A program made the translations under genes and the position numbers. A model generated the notes under the pieces. That model was not told where the DNA came from. It worked only from the letters and a program-made list of their open reading frames with translations, and did not search any database. From an uncultured Gammaproteobacteria bacterium (GTDB lineage: Bacteria > Patescibacteriota > Patescibacteriia > VMEV01 > CAZAJQ01), in the NCBI GenBank assembly GCA_964485795.1, contig CAZAJQ010000003.1:68940-132939 (forward strand): a stretch of DNA of 64,000 nucleotides, in the 5' to 3' direction. Positions 28,682 through 38,739 of the stretch are shown here, piece by piece; the stretch's first letter is position 1; each line of letters starts with the position of its first letter.

Positions 28682-28791
28682 CGTTCGGGGGATGTTCTTT
28701 GAAAATGTTCTCAAAATGTGTGTCTGTGTAGCGAAGTGAGCCCGTACGAAGTGTAACGGGACCATGTTGTCAGTTTGAAAGGAGTTCTACG

Positions 28792-30153
28792 ATGAAAAAG
28801 TTCGGTACAAAGTTTCATGAATGGTATCTCAAGCAATTCAATGCGAAGCTCAAAGTCAAAAATGGCCAGGATCTTATCGGGCCCGAGCTTGAATTCCCGG
28901 TGGTGGATGGGTCTTATTACCCTGCGGATGTGAGGGCTATTTTTCCCCGCTTAAAGGAAATGGGGTGGAAAGAGGTCAGTGAAGCTGATTCGTCGGTTAT
29001 CGGAATGAAGCATCCTCACAAAGAATTGATCGTAAAAATGGATGCCACTCCGGCCATGTTGGAAGTGAATTTTCCGCCTTCACCTATGAAGGCGGTCGGA
29101 GAAGAAGTTGCGCAGATCATGGAAGAATTGTCTTTGATGTTCTCTGAAGTGGGCTGCCATATTCTGGCAATGGGAGCATTTCCGTATAACAGCGGGAGAA
29201 GGGAGGATTGGCTTTCGGACAACCCGAGATATTCGAAAGGTCTGATTCAGGCTTTTCCGCAGCTTTCAAATCGACCTTCCATAGATGAAGCCACTCGTTT
29301 TGCATCGTTTCAAGTGCATCTGGATATTCCGAAAATGGACGAAATCGTGGATGGAATGAATGTGCTGAATTTTTTTGCGCCTTGTGTCTTGGCATTGAAT
29401 TGCTGGTCATTTCTCTATGACGGATCGGCTCAAAAAATCGAATCTGGACGGGAAAATTTTTGGAAATTTACGGATCAGCCGCGTACCGGGATACCTCCGA
29501 AAAAATTCGAGAATATCGAGGAGTATCTGAATTTCATGATGGATATTCCCTTCGCGTTTACCGAAGATGAAGACGGGAGATATATTCTCCCAAAGACGAC
29601 ATTCCGACAATTCATGAAAGATGTCGGTGAGGAGAGCTACTTGAGGCATTGGCTTCTTCATGAGGGGTGCGTGTGGCATGATGCGCGCATACGACTCAAA
29701 TTTGGCACTTTCGAATGTCGCGGTTGCGACACTTCGACGCCGGAAAATGCCAAGTACTTTTTTGCCTTGCAGTATGGCTTGCTCAGAAATCTTCGCGCGG
29801 CAAAAGATGAGATGGAGGATTTTTTGAAAAAAAACTCATGGAAAAAAGTCATGGAAATCCATGAAAAAGTCATATTCGGATTTCAAAAAAACGATCCGCA
29901 AAAAAAAGTCTTTATCGCTCTCCTTGCAGATATGGTGGATTTGGTTTCGGATGGATTGGATCGTATCGATTTGCCGGAAAGCGACTTGTTGATTGCCGTC
30001 ATGTCGGGAAGAGCAAGCAGACTGGAGCATGATTCAGTTTCCAAAGAATTTCGCAGTCAATCTCGAGATATCGAAGAGTATCTTTCGGGAAAGATTGTAA
30101 AAAAGGCCAATACATTGGATCATTTGCTCGTTACGACGCAAAGATTCGCGTAA
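28792..30153 (+). CDS. Putative carboxylate-amine ligase, glutamate-cysteine ligase family 2 (GCS2)-like (tentative)
   Basis: N-terminal LIGPELEFPVVD resembles the GCS2/YbdK (I/L)GxEEEFxLVD start. Length is 453 aa. AAAGGAG ribosome-binding site 8 nt upstream. This is a weak family call. Confidence 0.3.
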   Translation: MKKFGTKFHEWYLKQFNAKLKVKNGQDLIGPELEFPVVDGSYYPADVRAIFPRLKEMGWKEVSEADSSVIGMKHPHKELIVKMDATPAMLEVNFPPSPMKAVGEEVAQIMEELSLMFSEVGCHILAMGAFPYNSGRREDWLSDNPRYSKGLIQAFPQLSNRPSIDEATRFASFQVHLDIPKMDEIVDGMNVLNFFAPCVLALNCWSFLYDGSAQKIESGRENFWKFTDQPRTGIPPKKFENIEEYLNFMMDIPFAFTEDEDGRYILPKTTFRQFMKDVGEESYLRHWLLHEGCVWHDARIRLKFGTFECRGCDTSTPENAKYFFALQYGLLRNLRAAKDEMEDFLKKNSWKKVMEIHEKVIFGFQKNDPQKKVFIALLADMVDLVSDGLDRIDLPESDLLIAVMSGRASRLEHDSVSKEFRSQSRDIEEYLSGKIVKKANTLDHLLVTTQRFA

Positions 30154-30178
30154 TACCCCATAATGAGAATATTTCTAT

Positions 30179-30209
30179 AAGACCTTGCAGAATTGCGGGT
30201 CTTATTTTT
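30179..30209 (+). terminator. Rho-independent terminator
   Basis: aagacc-ttgcagaattgcg-ggtctt followed by atttttttt, 26 bp after the stop at 30153. Confidence 0.45.
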
Positions 30210-30669
30210 TTTCATCCAAAAACTCCTCTCCTGCTCTAGTGTAAACTTGACGTTGCAATGTTACAGGAGTTGACAAAAATGTATGTTTGTTTTACTATTC
30301 AAGCCGAAGTAGTAGGAACAAAATAATTAAACGCTGGCATATCAATAATACATAGCTTTTGTATACATAGTATACGGGGGAGGTATTGTCAGTGGGAAGA
30401 AAAAAGGTGGATTTGTTTTGTTTCGAACCTTTAAGCCCCTAAGCAATGTACGGAGATCAATCCCAGCTAGATACTTCTAGTTCGGCACGATAATCTGGCA
30501 TCCATAGGTGGTTTTTTTTTATTCGAAATCGGAATGATAATGATTCGTCGGTAAGGTGATTTCGACATCATGTGAGAGAGATTTTTTTAGAAATAAGTGA
30601 CGTTTGAACTCGATTGACTTGGGTGTGAAATTCTTCTACTCTTGGTGATATGTGATGAACGTATCATTC

Positions 30670-30743
30670 GGGCCCTTAGCTCAGCTGGCTAGAGTGCTTC
30701 CATGGCATGGAAGAGGTCACGGGTTCAAATCCCGTAGGGTCCA
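30670..30743 (+). tRNA. tRNA-Ala (anticodon GGC)
   Basis: Cloverleaf read by eye: acceptor GGGCCCT/AGGGTCC with a G3:U70 pair (the Ala identity element), anticodon arm cttcc-aTGGCat-ggaag, T-arm cacggGTTCAAATcccgt. No encoded CCA. Confidence 0.85.
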
Positions 30744-30826
30744 TACGATAGAGTTTAGAGTCTGGAGTCTAGGATCTAGACTTCAGATTCTTACCAAAAA
30801 ACATATCAACGTTCGCAACTCTCTTT

Positions 30827-30897
30827 GGGCCTATAGTCTAGTGGCATGACAGGGCATTCGCATTGCTCAGGCGGGAGTTCGATTCTCCCTAGGTCCA
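30827..30897 (+). tRNA. tRNA-Ala (anticodon CGC)
   Basis: Acceptor GGGCCTA/TAGGTCC with G3:U70, anticodon arm gggca-ttCGCat-tgctc, T-arm gggagTTCGATTctccc, and a 3-bp D-stem. Confidence 0.75.
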
Positions 30898-30922
30898 TAC
30901 AATAGATTCTAGAGTCTCATCG

Positions 30923-30996
30923 GGGTGCATGGCTCAGCTGGTTAGAGCGCTGTCCTCACACGACAGAGGTCCCTGGTTCGAATCCAGGTGCGCCCA
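30923..30996 (+). tRNA. tRNA-Val (anticodon CAC)
   Basis: Acceptor GGGTGCA/TGCGCCC, D-arm gctcAGCTGGTTAGagc, anticodon arm ctgtc-ctCACac-gacag, T-arm cctggTTCGAATccagg. Confidence 0.85.
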
Positions 30997-31009
30997 TAAA
31001 AAATCACCT

Positions 31010-31999
31010 ATGAATCATCTCATCGACGCGAAGTATCATCACCGGGAAGCGGGGTATTTCATGTCCGCGAAGATTCCGATCGTGGAGCAGGATTCGCTGC
31101 TCATTTCCGACGTCGAGCAATTCGTCATAAAAAACATAAAAAATTTTGACAGCATCGATTTTATCTATGTCATTGATAGCGCGAAACATCTTCTGGGATG
31201 CATTCCCATCAAGGAGCTCTTTGTGGCGGATAAGCGTTTGCCGATAAAAAGCATCCTTGTCATGCCCGCAATATCGGTTCGGCCGCATTCCGCCGCCAAG
31301 AGAGTCGCTTATTCCGCGCTCAAGCACGATATGACGGAAATTCCGGTCGTAGATAAGGAAAATCACTTTTGGGGAGCTATCATCGCTTCAAGATTGATAA
31401 AAATTTTGGACACTCGAGCCGTGGAAGACATTTTCCGTTTCGGAGGCCTCACTCATGGCGGGGTTTTTGACGATATCCTGCATATCCCTTTTGTGACGGC
31501 GATCAAGCATCGTTTGCCGTGGCTTTTGGTTGGGCTTGCGGGTGGCATGTTGGCGGCGTTGCTGACGGATAGCTTCGAAGCCGTCCTTTCGAAAAACATT
31601 ATCCTCGTTTCCTTTATTCCGCTCATGGTCTATATGGCCGATGCGGTTGGCACGCAAACCGAAGCCTTTATCATCCGTGATCTGTCGATGAATCCCGAAT
31701 TGCGATTTTACAAATATTTTCTGAAACATTGGAGTGTGGTATCCGCCATAGGCATGGCGGTAAGCCTTGTCCTCTTGGTGCTCACTTTTATCTTTATCCA
31801 ATCATGGTCATTGAGCTTCGTATTGGCGCTTTCACTTTTTTTGGCCATCCAATCTTCACTTTTGACCGGTCTCCTCATTCCTTATCTTTTTGAAAAGATG
31901 AAATTCGATCCCGCCAATGCCAGCGGTCCTGTGGCCACGATGATTCAGGATATTATGAGTATTTTCCTGTATTTTGTGATCGCTTCATGGATTCTCTAG
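31010..31999 (+). CDS. mgtE: Magnesium transporter MgtE (CBS pair plus MgtE TM domain; no MgtE_N domain)
   Basis: CBS-type region (IPIKELFVADKRLPIKSILVMPAISV...) then five TM helices with the MgtE motifs (PLMVYMADAVGTQTEAFIIR, GPVATMIQDIMSIFLYFVIA). The track ORF 30929.. overlaps tRNA-Val. The first Met after the tRNA is at 31010. Confidence 0.75.
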   Translation: MNHLIDAKYHHREAGYFMSAKIPIVEQDSLLISDVEQFVIKNIKNFDSIDFIYVIDSAKHLLGCIPIKELFVADKRLPIKSILVMPAISVRPHSAAKRVAYSALKHDMTEIPVVDKENHFWGAIIASRLIKILDTRAVEDIFRFGGLTHGGVFDDILHIPFVTAIKHRLPWLLVGLAGGMLAALLTDSFEAVLSKNIILVSFIPLMVYMADAVGTQTEAFIIRDLSMNPELRFYKYFLKHWSVVSAIGMAVSLVLLVLTFIFIQSWSLSFVLALSLFLAIQSSLLTGLLIPYLFEKMKFDPANASGPVATMIQDIMSIFLYFVIASWIL

Positions 32000-32020
32000 A
32001 TTTGAGGAGAGCCTCAGAAC

Positions 32021-32053
32021 ATAAAAAAAAGAGCATTGAGATGCTCTTTTGTG
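32021..32053. terminator. Bidirectional rho-independent terminator
   Basis: aaaaaaaa-gagcat-tgag-atgctc-ttttgtg: hairpin with an A-run on one side and a T-run on the other. It lies between convergent mgtE (+) and the 32083..32315 ORF (-). Confidence 0.5.
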
Positions 32054-32082
32054 ATTCTTGCTGGAAAAAAACATAACTCCTT

Positions 32083-32315
32083 TCATCTTTTTCTTTTCCA
32101 AATGGCTTTTCCTTTCTGATCTTGGATCATGCGAAGCTGCCAATGAAGTTTTCCATGCGCATTCAGTTCGTTTTCAAGTTCAAGCGCCGTTTCGAATATA
32201 TCGTCCTTTGGGGACGATAGAGTTTTGATTTGCTCTTGACACGGTGACGGCTTCATGTCGTCGGCACTTTGATAAATCCAAGTGATGAAGAAGCATTTAA
32301 AATTTTCCGATTGCA
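32083..32315 (-). CDS. Hypothetical small protein (77 aa)
   Basis: GGAGG ribosome-binding site 8 nt upstream of the ATG (rc of 32313-32315). No known domain. The track ORF extends to 32391 but lacks an RBS there. Confidence 0.3.
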
Positions 32316-32462
32316 TTTTTTTTCCTCCAAAAAAACGATACCTTTTTAACCCAGCATTATAATATGGAAAAAAAATCAGAAAGACAAGCACCCTTTATTC
32401 TCTGAATTCCGCGGGTATGTTTAAAAACGTCTTTTAAAAGACGACCGAAACACGATACGGAA

Positions 32463-32496
32463 ATCAAAAAAACACCTATCCATTCAGGTGTTTTTC
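32463..32496 (-). terminator. Rho-independent terminator of rpmB
   Basis: On the minus strand: acacctgaatggataggtgt followed by ttttttt (the hairpin is at 32472-32491 on plus). Confidence 0.45.
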
Positions 32497-32530
32497 GTTT
32501 CATCGAGAAGAAAGTTTTGAAGGGGAAGAG

Positions 32531-32737
32531 TTATCCTATCTTCAGAGATTCGCCTTGATGCTTGCGAAGAGTTCGAAGCGCAGACGTCGAAATTTTGACA
32601 CGTTTCCCGTTGATTTTCTTGGTCTGAAGGTTTGGCAATGAAAAACGTGGACCTCGCGGGTTGAGGTTTCCGCGAAGCAATTTTCGCGGATTGATCTTCA
32701 TGGCTTTTTTCCCGGACATCTCGCAAACTCGCGACAT
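32531..32737 (-). CDS. rpmB: 50S ribosomal protein L28
   Basis: MSRVCEMSGKKAMKINPRKLLRGNLNPRGPRFSLPNLQTKK: the L28 family signature (MSRVCxxxGK...RRFxPNL). Confidence 0.8.
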   Translation of the reverse strand: MSRVCEMSGKKAMKINPRKLLRGNLNPRGPRFSLPNLQTKKINGKRVKISTSALRTLRKHQGESLKIG

Positions 32738-32917
32738 AATCGTTTCGTTAATTTCACCAGCTTAGCAAAATGAGTGAAAGAAAGTCAACTTTCCACGTTT
32801 CGCAGCGCATTGCGGGCCCGTGATGTGGTGTATTTTTTTTAAAAAGGATGCTAAGGTTGAACAATAACCATGGAGTTTGTCCATCGGTTGTTTTAAAATA
32901 TCGATGATCAGGAATCT

Positions 32918-33562
32918 ATGATCTATGTCGTTTGGTTTACCGCAGTGATCATTTCCCTATCCATTCATGAATTTGCGCATGCCGCCGTGGCAAAGATGAA
33001 TGGTGACGATACCGCCGAAGAAATGGGGCGGCTTACCTTGAATCCCTTGGCGCATGTGGATATGTTTGGAACCGTGTTTTTACCGATTCTTTTGCTGGTT
33101 TCCACCGCAGGGCAATTCGCTTTTGGATGGGCAAAACCCGTACCCATCAACCCAAACCAGTTTCGCAATCAAAAAAAAGGCGAATTTCAAGTCAGCTCAG
33201 CGGGCATTGCCGCAAATCTGATCTTGGCGGTAACGTTTCTTGTCGTTCTTCGATTGCTTGCCGGATTTTCGAGCGTTTCGTCCGACAATATGCTCGTCAT
33301 TTTTTTTCAAAGCCTTGTTTTCATCAACCTTGCTCTCGCGCTTTTCAATCTTTTACCATTGCCGCCTTTGGACGGATCCGGTATCCTTTTTTCCGTATTG
33401 CCGGATTCCGAATACGCGACGAGATTAAAACTTTTTCTTCAGACCAATGGCCTTTTTCTTCTTTTGCTGCTTTTGATATTGGATGGCTACTTCGATTTTT
33501 TTGCCCGAGCCATTTACGGTGTCTATCATATTCTTGTTTCCTTGGTTTTTTTTGGTATATAA
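32918..33562 (+). CDS. Site-2 protease family (peptidase M50) zinc metalloprotease
   Basis: An HEXXH motif inside TM helix 1 (SIHEFAHAAVA), multiple TM helices, and a distal LNLLPLPPLDGS that supplies the M50 third zinc ligand (LDG). Confidence 0.7.
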   Translation: MIYVVWFTAVIISLSIHEFAHAAVAKMNGDDTAEEMGRLTLNPLAHVDMFGTVFLPILLLVSTAGQFAFGWAKPVPINPNQFRNQKKGEFQVSSAGIAANLILAVTFLVVLRLLAGFSSVSSDNMLVIFFQSLVFINLALALFNLLPLPPLDGSGILFSVLPDSEYATRLKLFLQTNGLFLLLLLLILDGYFDFFARAIYGVYHILVSLVFFGI

Positions 33563-33612
33563 AAGTGAATCCAACGATCATTATCGATGCTCTGGGAAAG
33601 GTAGCCAAAATA

Positions 33613-33640
33613 TTGACGTATCGGCGTTGCTTATGATAAT
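33613..33640 (+). promoter_or_regulatory. Promoter candidate for the str operon
   Basis: -35 TTGACG (33613-33618), 16-nt spacer, -10 GATAAT (33635-33640), about 140 bp upstream of rpsL. Confidence 0.35.
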
Positions 33641-33782
33641 CTCCCAAAAAGGATACGAAGAAAGAAGCGGGCTATTTCAGTGAACGTAGAGAAATGCACG
33701 TCATTTTTTTGATACCGCTGGAATATTTTTATTTTGTTAACCGTCTTATTAAAAAACCTTGAGATATACCGAAGCATCGTTT

Positions 33783-34202
33783 ATGCCTACCACGAATCAA
33801 CTTATCCGACATCCCAGGAAATACAAGAAAAACCGACGTACGTCATTGTTGTCGACGGTTTTTAATACGCTTCAGCGAAAGAGAACCAAACTCCCGGATG
33901 GAAACCCGTTCAAGCGAGGCGTATGTCTCAAAGTCACTACCACGACACCCAAAAAACCAAACTCGGCTTTGCGAAAAATCGCGAGAGTGAGGCTTTCAAA
34001 CGGTATGGAAGTGACGGCTTATATTCCGGGTATGGGACACAATCTCCAAGAGCACTCCATTGTTCTGGTTCGCGGCGGACGTGTGAAGGATTTGCCCGGC
34101 GTGCGCTATCAGGTGATTCGTGGAGTATTTGATACGCAGGGCGTGGAGGGGCGCAGGCAAGGCCGATCGAGATATGGTGCCAAAAAGCCCAAGGCCAAAT
34201 AA
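33783..34202 (+). CDS. rpsL: 30S ribosomal protein S12
   Basis: MPTTNQLIR...[59 protein letters not shown]. The track ORF starts 8 codons earlier, at 33759. Confidence 0.95.
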   Translation: MPTTNQLIRHPRKYKKNRRTSLLSTVFNTLQRKRTKLPDGNPFKRGVCLKVTTTTPKKPNSALRKIARVRLSNGMEVTAYIPGMGHNLQEHSIVLVRGGRVKDLPGVRYQVIRGVFDTQGVEGRRQGRSRYGAKKPKAK

Positions 34203-34225
34203 TTTGATATTAATCAGTCATTGAT

Positions 34226-34693
34226 ATGCGAGGAAAAAAAGCATCGAGAAGGTCTACCAAGCCGGATTTGCGATACAACAATCCGTTTATCGGCAAATTC
34301 ATCAATTATGTCATGAGAGATGGGAAAAAATCCATTGCCCAGGAAGTCGTGTATCAGTGTCTTGACATCGTGAAGGAAAAAACCAAGAAAAATCCCATCG
34401 AGATTTTTGATAAGGCCATGAAAAATGTCTCCCCTTTGCTTGAAGTGAGAAGCAAACGCGTCGGTGGAGCAAATTACCAGATACCGGTTCAAGTACGCAG
34501 CGAGCGACGATTTATTTTGGGCTCGCGCTGGATCATCGAAGCCGCACAGACGCGTAAGGGAAAATCAATGCAAGAAAAGCTTGCCGAAGAGTTGATGGCC
34601 GCGGCCAACCTTGAAGGATCGGCGATGAGGAAAAAGCAAAATGTCCAGAAAATGGCCGAGGCAAACCGAGCCTTTGCGCATTTTGCAAGGTAA
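34226..34693 (+). CDS. rpsG: 30S ribosomal protein S7
   Basis: KFINYVMRDGKKSIAQEVVYQCLDIV...GANYQIPVQVRSERRFILGSRWIIEAA. Confidence 0.95.
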   Translation: MRGKKASRRSTKPDLRYNNPFIGKFINYVMRDGKKSIAQEVVYQCLDIVKEKTKKNPIEIFDKAMKNVSPLLEVRSKRVGGANYQIPVQVRSERRFILGSRWIIEAAQTRKGKSMQEKLAEELMAAANLEGSAMRKKQNVQKMAEANRAFAHFAR

Positions 34694-34808
34694 CGCATCA
34701 TTTTTTACACACTGTGGGAAAATTGAGTTCATCATGATTATTATGGACTCATTTTCTTTTTGGCTTCATGTTTTATTGAAAATGAAATTTAAACGTTGAC
34801 TTTTTCTT

Positions 34809-36887
34809 ATGCCACGAGAATATTCGCTCGAAAATACAAGAAATTTTGGAATTATTGCGCATATTGATGCCGGGAAAACCACGGTCAGCGAGCGCATTCT
34901 TTTTTATACCGGAAAAAAGCACAAGATCGGTGAAGTGCATGAAGGCGATACCACCATGGACTGGATGGAGCAAGAGCGCGAGCGAGGCATTACCATTACG
35001 GCCGCTGCCACGACCTGTTTTTGGAAAAATCACCGTTTGAACCTTATTGACACTCCGGGGCATGTGGATTTTACGGTCGAAGTCGAGCGTTCGTTGCGTG
35101 TTCTCGATGGTGGTGTGGTGGTGTTTGACGGCGTTGCGGGCGTGGAGCCGCAATCGGAAACCGTGTGGCATCAAGCGGACAAATATGAAGTCCCGCGCAT
35201 TTGTTTTATCAACAAGATGGATCGTACCGGAGCGGATTTTTATAAAGACTTGGAATCCATACACGCGAAACTTACCAAGCTTGCTCATCCCATCCAGCTT
35301 CCCATCGGCGCCGAGGATCGTTTTCTTGGGATCATTGATTTGCTCAACATGAAAGCGAGGTATTACCTCGATGACATGGGGCAAAATATCGAAGAGCGAG
35401 AGATTCCCGCCGATGAGCTTGAACGCGCGAAAAATTTTCGCAACGCTTTGATCGAAGCGATTGTCGAGCATGACGATGCGCTCATGAGTGCCTATCTCGA
35501 GGGAAAAGAAATCGCATTGGTGGATTTGAATCGTGTGCTTCGAAAGGCGACGATTGAAAATAAGCTTGTTCCGGTGCTGTGCGGCGCGGCTCTCAAAAAC
35601 AAGGGTGTGCAGCTTTTGCTTGATGCTGTGGTCGAATATTTGCCCTCCCCATTGGATATTCCGGCGATACGAGGATTTGATCCGGATGATAAGAGTAAGG
35701 AAATCATGAGGCATGCGGATGACAGCGAGCCTTTCACCGGTCTTGCTTTCAAAATCGCCACCGACCCGTTTGTTGGTAAACTCTGTTTTTTTCGCGTTTA
35801 CTCCGGCGTACTGAAGTCCGGATCCTATGTGCTTAATAGCACCACGGGCAATCGAGAACGCGTCGGGCGTTTGGTTCGCATGCATGCCAATCAAAGGGAG
35901 GAAATCGAGGAAGTCTATGCAGGAGAAATCGCGGCCGCTATTGGATTGAAAAACACTTTCACCGGACATACGTTGTGTGATCCCGATTATCCGGTGGTGC
36001 TTGAAGAGATCATATTTCCTGAACCGGTCATTTCGGTTGCCGTGGAGCCAAAGACCAAGGCCGACCAAGAAAAAATGGGCATGGCTCTTTCCAAGCTCGC
36101 CGAAGAAGATCCGACTTTCAAGGTTCGCACCGATGAGGAAACTTTGCAGGTGGTCATTTCCGGTATGGGAGAATTGCATCTCGACATTATCGTGGATCGT
36201 ATGAGACGCGAATTCGGCGTCGAAGCCAATGTCGGCAAGCCGCAGGTGGCGTACAAAGAAACCATTCGAGGCGAAGCCGAAGCCGAGGGTAAGTATATTC
36301 GCCAAACCGGCGGTCGCGGTCAATACGGTCATTGTTGGCTCAAAGTGGCGCCCAAAAAGAAAGGTGAAGGATTTGAATTCATCGATGAGGTCAAGGGAGG
36401 CGTTATACCGCGCGAATATATTCCGGCCATTCAAAAAGGCGTTCGCGAGGCGCTGGATCGCGGGGTTTTGGCGGGGTATCCCATGATTGATGTGCAGGTG
36501 ACGGTATTTGACGGTACGTACCATGAAGTGGATTCATCCGAGATCGCTTTTAAGATCGCCGGCTCCATGGCATTTCAAGCGGCCGCGAAAAAAGCCGGGC
36601 TTATTCTGCTTGAACCGGTCATGAAAGTGGAGGTGCTTACTCCGGAGGAGAATATGGGCGATGCCATCGGAAGCCTCAATTCCAAACGTGCGCAAATCAA
36701 CGAAATGGCCGAGCGCAACCAAATACGCATTATCAGAAGCATCGTGCCGTTATCCGAGATGTTTGGCTATGCGACGGAACTTCGCTCCCTGAGTCAAGGA
36801 AGGGCCAGCTATTCCATGGAATTTTCTCATTATGCCGAGGCTCCAGCGAATATTGTGGATAAAATCAAAGAAGGAAAACAAAAATAA
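34809..36887 (+). CDS. fusA: Elongation factor G
   Basis: [44 protein letters not shown] and the full five-domain EF-G length (692 aa). Confidence 0.97.
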   Translation: MPREYSLENTRNFGIIAHIDAGKTTVSERILFYTGKKHKIGEVHEGDTTMDWMEQERERGITITAAATTCFWKNHRLNLIDTPGHVDFTVEVERSLRVLDGGVVVFDGVAGVEPQSETVWHQADKYEVPRICFINKMDRTGADFYKDLESIHAKLTKLAHPIQLPIGAEDRFLGIIDLLNMKARYYLDDMGQNIEEREIPADELERAKNFRNALIEAIVEHDDALMSAYLEGKEIALVDLNRVLRKATIENKLVPVLCGAALKNKGVQLLLDAVVEYLPSPLDIPAIRGFDPDDKSKEIMRHADDSEPFTGLAFKIATDPFVGKLCFFRVYSGVLKSGSYVLNSTTGNRERVGRLVRMHANQREEIEEVYAGEIAAAIGLKNTFTGHTLCDPDYPVVLEEIIFPEPVISVAVEPKTKADQEKMGMALSKLAEEDPTFKVRTDEETLQVVISGMGELHLDIIVDRMRREFGVEANVGKPQVAYKETIRGEAEAEGKYIRQTGGRGQYGHCWLKVAPKKKGEGFEFIDEVKGGVIPREYIPAIQKGVREALDRGVLAGYPMIDVQVTVFDGTYHEVDSSEIAFKIAGSMAFQAAAKKAGLILLEPVMKVEVLTPEENMGDAIGSLNSKRAQINEMAERNQIRIIRSIVPLSEMFGYATELRSLSQGRASYSMEFSHYAEAPANIVDKIKEGKQK

Positions 36888-37049
36888 GATGTTTGACGGA
36901 TACCATGATGCAAAAGAAGCGAGCCAAACGAGTGCCGCTGAATGCGATAAGAAAGCCTTTTTTTGCAAAAAAAAATTTTCTCAAAAAACGTTGACAAAGG
37001 AAAGAAAATTGTCTAAGCTTGGCAAACGGTAGGAAATGAAAGAGAATCT

Positions 37050-37364
37050 ATGACCTTGGATTTGAAGGACATTCTTGACCTGATGCGCAGAAACGGTGAT
37101 ACCATCATCACTTATGATGAATCATCGGAAATGGCCTTTGCAATCGTTCCGCTGACTCGCTATGCGCATTGGAGTGAGCATGAGAAAAATATAGAAAACC
37201 TCACTGAGCAGGAGCTACTCATGAAAATCAATGCGGATATCGCTCGTTGGAAGGTGACTCATGAAGCATCAAGGCGAGAAGTTGTTAGACCTGAAGCGGG
37301 AAAAAAACAAAGCGAGCGATCGGTTTCAACAGGTGTAGATGAACCCAAGTCCAATTTTTTTTAA
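37050..37364 (+). CDS. Hypothetical small protein (104 aa) inserted between fusA and tuf
   Basis: No recognisable motif. Weak RBS-like AGGAAA/GAGA upstream. A promoter-like TTGACA (36991) with TAAGCT precedes it. Confidence 0.3.
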   Translation: MTLDLKDILDLMRRNGDTIITYDESSEMAFAIVPLTRYAHWSEHEKNIENLTEQELLMKINADIARWKVTHEASRREVVRPEAGKKQSERSVSTGVDEPKSNFF

Positions 37365-37393
37365 AGCTGTGGATAAATAAACGATGAAACGCT

Positions 37394-37420
37394 TGAGAAA
37401 AGAGGCCTTTGTGATATAAT
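37394..37420 (+). promoter_or_regulatory. Promoter candidate for tuf with an extended -10
   Basis: -35 TTGAGA (37394-37399), 15-nt spacer containing a TG, -10 TATAAT (37415-37420). A 5'-UTR hairpin follows (gaaacga...cgtttc, around 37487-37506). Confidence 0.4.
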
Positions 37421-37523
37421 AAAAACAATTTTTTTAGAAAAACATTCGTGTTTTCAATTTTAATACTGAAAGTGAAAAGGGGAAAACGAACCATATCGTT
37501 TCTTTTTCATTCACAAAAAATCT

Positions 37524-38711
37524 ATGTCTGAAGTATTCGATCGATCCAAACCTCATGTGAATGTCGGCACCATCGGCCATGTTGACCATGGAAAGACGAC
37601 CTTATCCGCCGCTCTTACTCATGTATTGGCCGCTTCCGGACAAAAGGCGCGTGTGGAAAAATATGAAGACATTGATAATGCTCCTGAAGAGCGTGAGCGC
37701 GGTATTACGATTTCCACCCATCATTGTGAATATGAATCCGAAAAACGTCATTATGCTCATGTGGATTGTCCCGGACATGCTGACTATATCAAAAACATGA
37801 TTACCGGAGCGGCTCAGATGGATGGCGCCATTCTGGTGGTATCGGCGGTTGACGGTCCCATGCCTCAGACTCGAGAGCATATCCTTTTGGCCCGTCAAGT
37901 CGGTGTTCCTGCGATTGTCGTATTTTTGAATAAGATTGACGCTGTCGAAGATCCCGAGCTCGTGGATCTTGTCGAAGAGGAAGTGCGTGAATTGCTGAAA
38001 AAATATGAATACAAGGGAGATGAAATTCCTGTGATTCGCGGGTCTGCCCTGAAAGCTTTGGAAAATCCCAATGGTGAAGAAGCCAAAAAGATTTTGGAGC
38101 TTGTGAAAGCTCTGGATGAGTATATTCCTGAGCCGGTTCGCGAGCTTGATAAGCCGTTTTTGATGCCCATTGAAGATATTTTTTCCATCGAGGGGAGAGG
38201 TACGGTGGTGACCGGACGTATTGAACGTGGTGTGGTGAAGCTCAATGAAGAAGTGGCGATCATCGGCGTACGAGAGACCAAAAAGACGGTTGTGACGGGT
38301 ATCGAGATGTTTAATAAGCAGCTCGAAGAAGGAAGAGCGGGTGATAATGCCGGTGTATTGCTTCGAGGCATCAAAAAAGAAGACGTTGAGCGAGGTCAGG
38401 TATTGGCCAAGCCCGGAAGCGTTACTCCTCATACGGAGTTTGAGGGTGAAGTTTATGTTTTGACCAAGGAAGAAGGTGGAAGGCATAAGCCCTTTATCAA
38501 AGGATATAAACCGCAGTTCTATATTCGCACCACGGATGTGACCGGAGAGGTGATCAATCTTGGTGCAGCTGAAATGGTGATGCCCGGTGATACGGTGAAT
38601 CTTTCGGTGAAGCTTATCGTGCCGGTTGCGCTGGAAGAAAAGCAGAGATTTGCCATTCGAGAAGGAGGGCGCACGGTAGGCGCCGGAGTGGTAACCAAGA
38701 TTGTCAAATAA
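37524..38711 (+). CDS. tuf: Elongation factor Tu
   Basis: [45 protein letters not shown] and 395 aa. Confidence 0.97.
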   Translation: MSEVFDRSKPHVNVGTIGHVDHGKTTLSAALTHVLAASGQKARVEKYEDIDNAPEERERGITISTHHCEYESEKRHYAHVDCPGHADYIKNMITGAAQMDGAILVVSAVDGPMPQTREHILLARQVGVPAIVVFLNKIDAVEDPELVDLVEEEVRELLKKYEYKGDEIPVIRGSALKALENPNGEEAKKILELVKALDEYIPEPVRELDKPFLMPIEDIFSIEGRGTVVTGRIERGVVKLNEEVAIIGVRETKKTVVTGIEMFNKQLEEGRAGDNAGVLLRGIKKEDVERGQVLAKPGSVTPHTEFEGEVYVLTKEEGGRHKPFIKGYKPQFYIRTTDVTGEVINLGAAEMVMPGDTVNLSVKLIVPVALEEKQRFAIREGGRTVGAGVVTKIVK

Positions 38712-38739
38712 TCGAAGATTTAAGAATTAATCTGCAGCC

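Noticed and set aside
30652-30999. Plus-strand ORF 30652..30849 and the N-terminal 27 codons of ORF 30929..31999
   Set aside because: They overlap three well-formed tRNA genes (Ala, Ala, Val). The real mgtE start is the first Met after tRNA-Val (31010).
34773-36524. 583-aa ORF on the minus strand
   Set aside because: Entirely antisense to fusA, whose EF-G identity is unambiguous. It is a shadow ORF: low-complexity composition and no start context.
37602-38486. 294-aa minus-strand ORF
   Set aside because: Antisense to tuf (EF-Tu). Shadow ORF.
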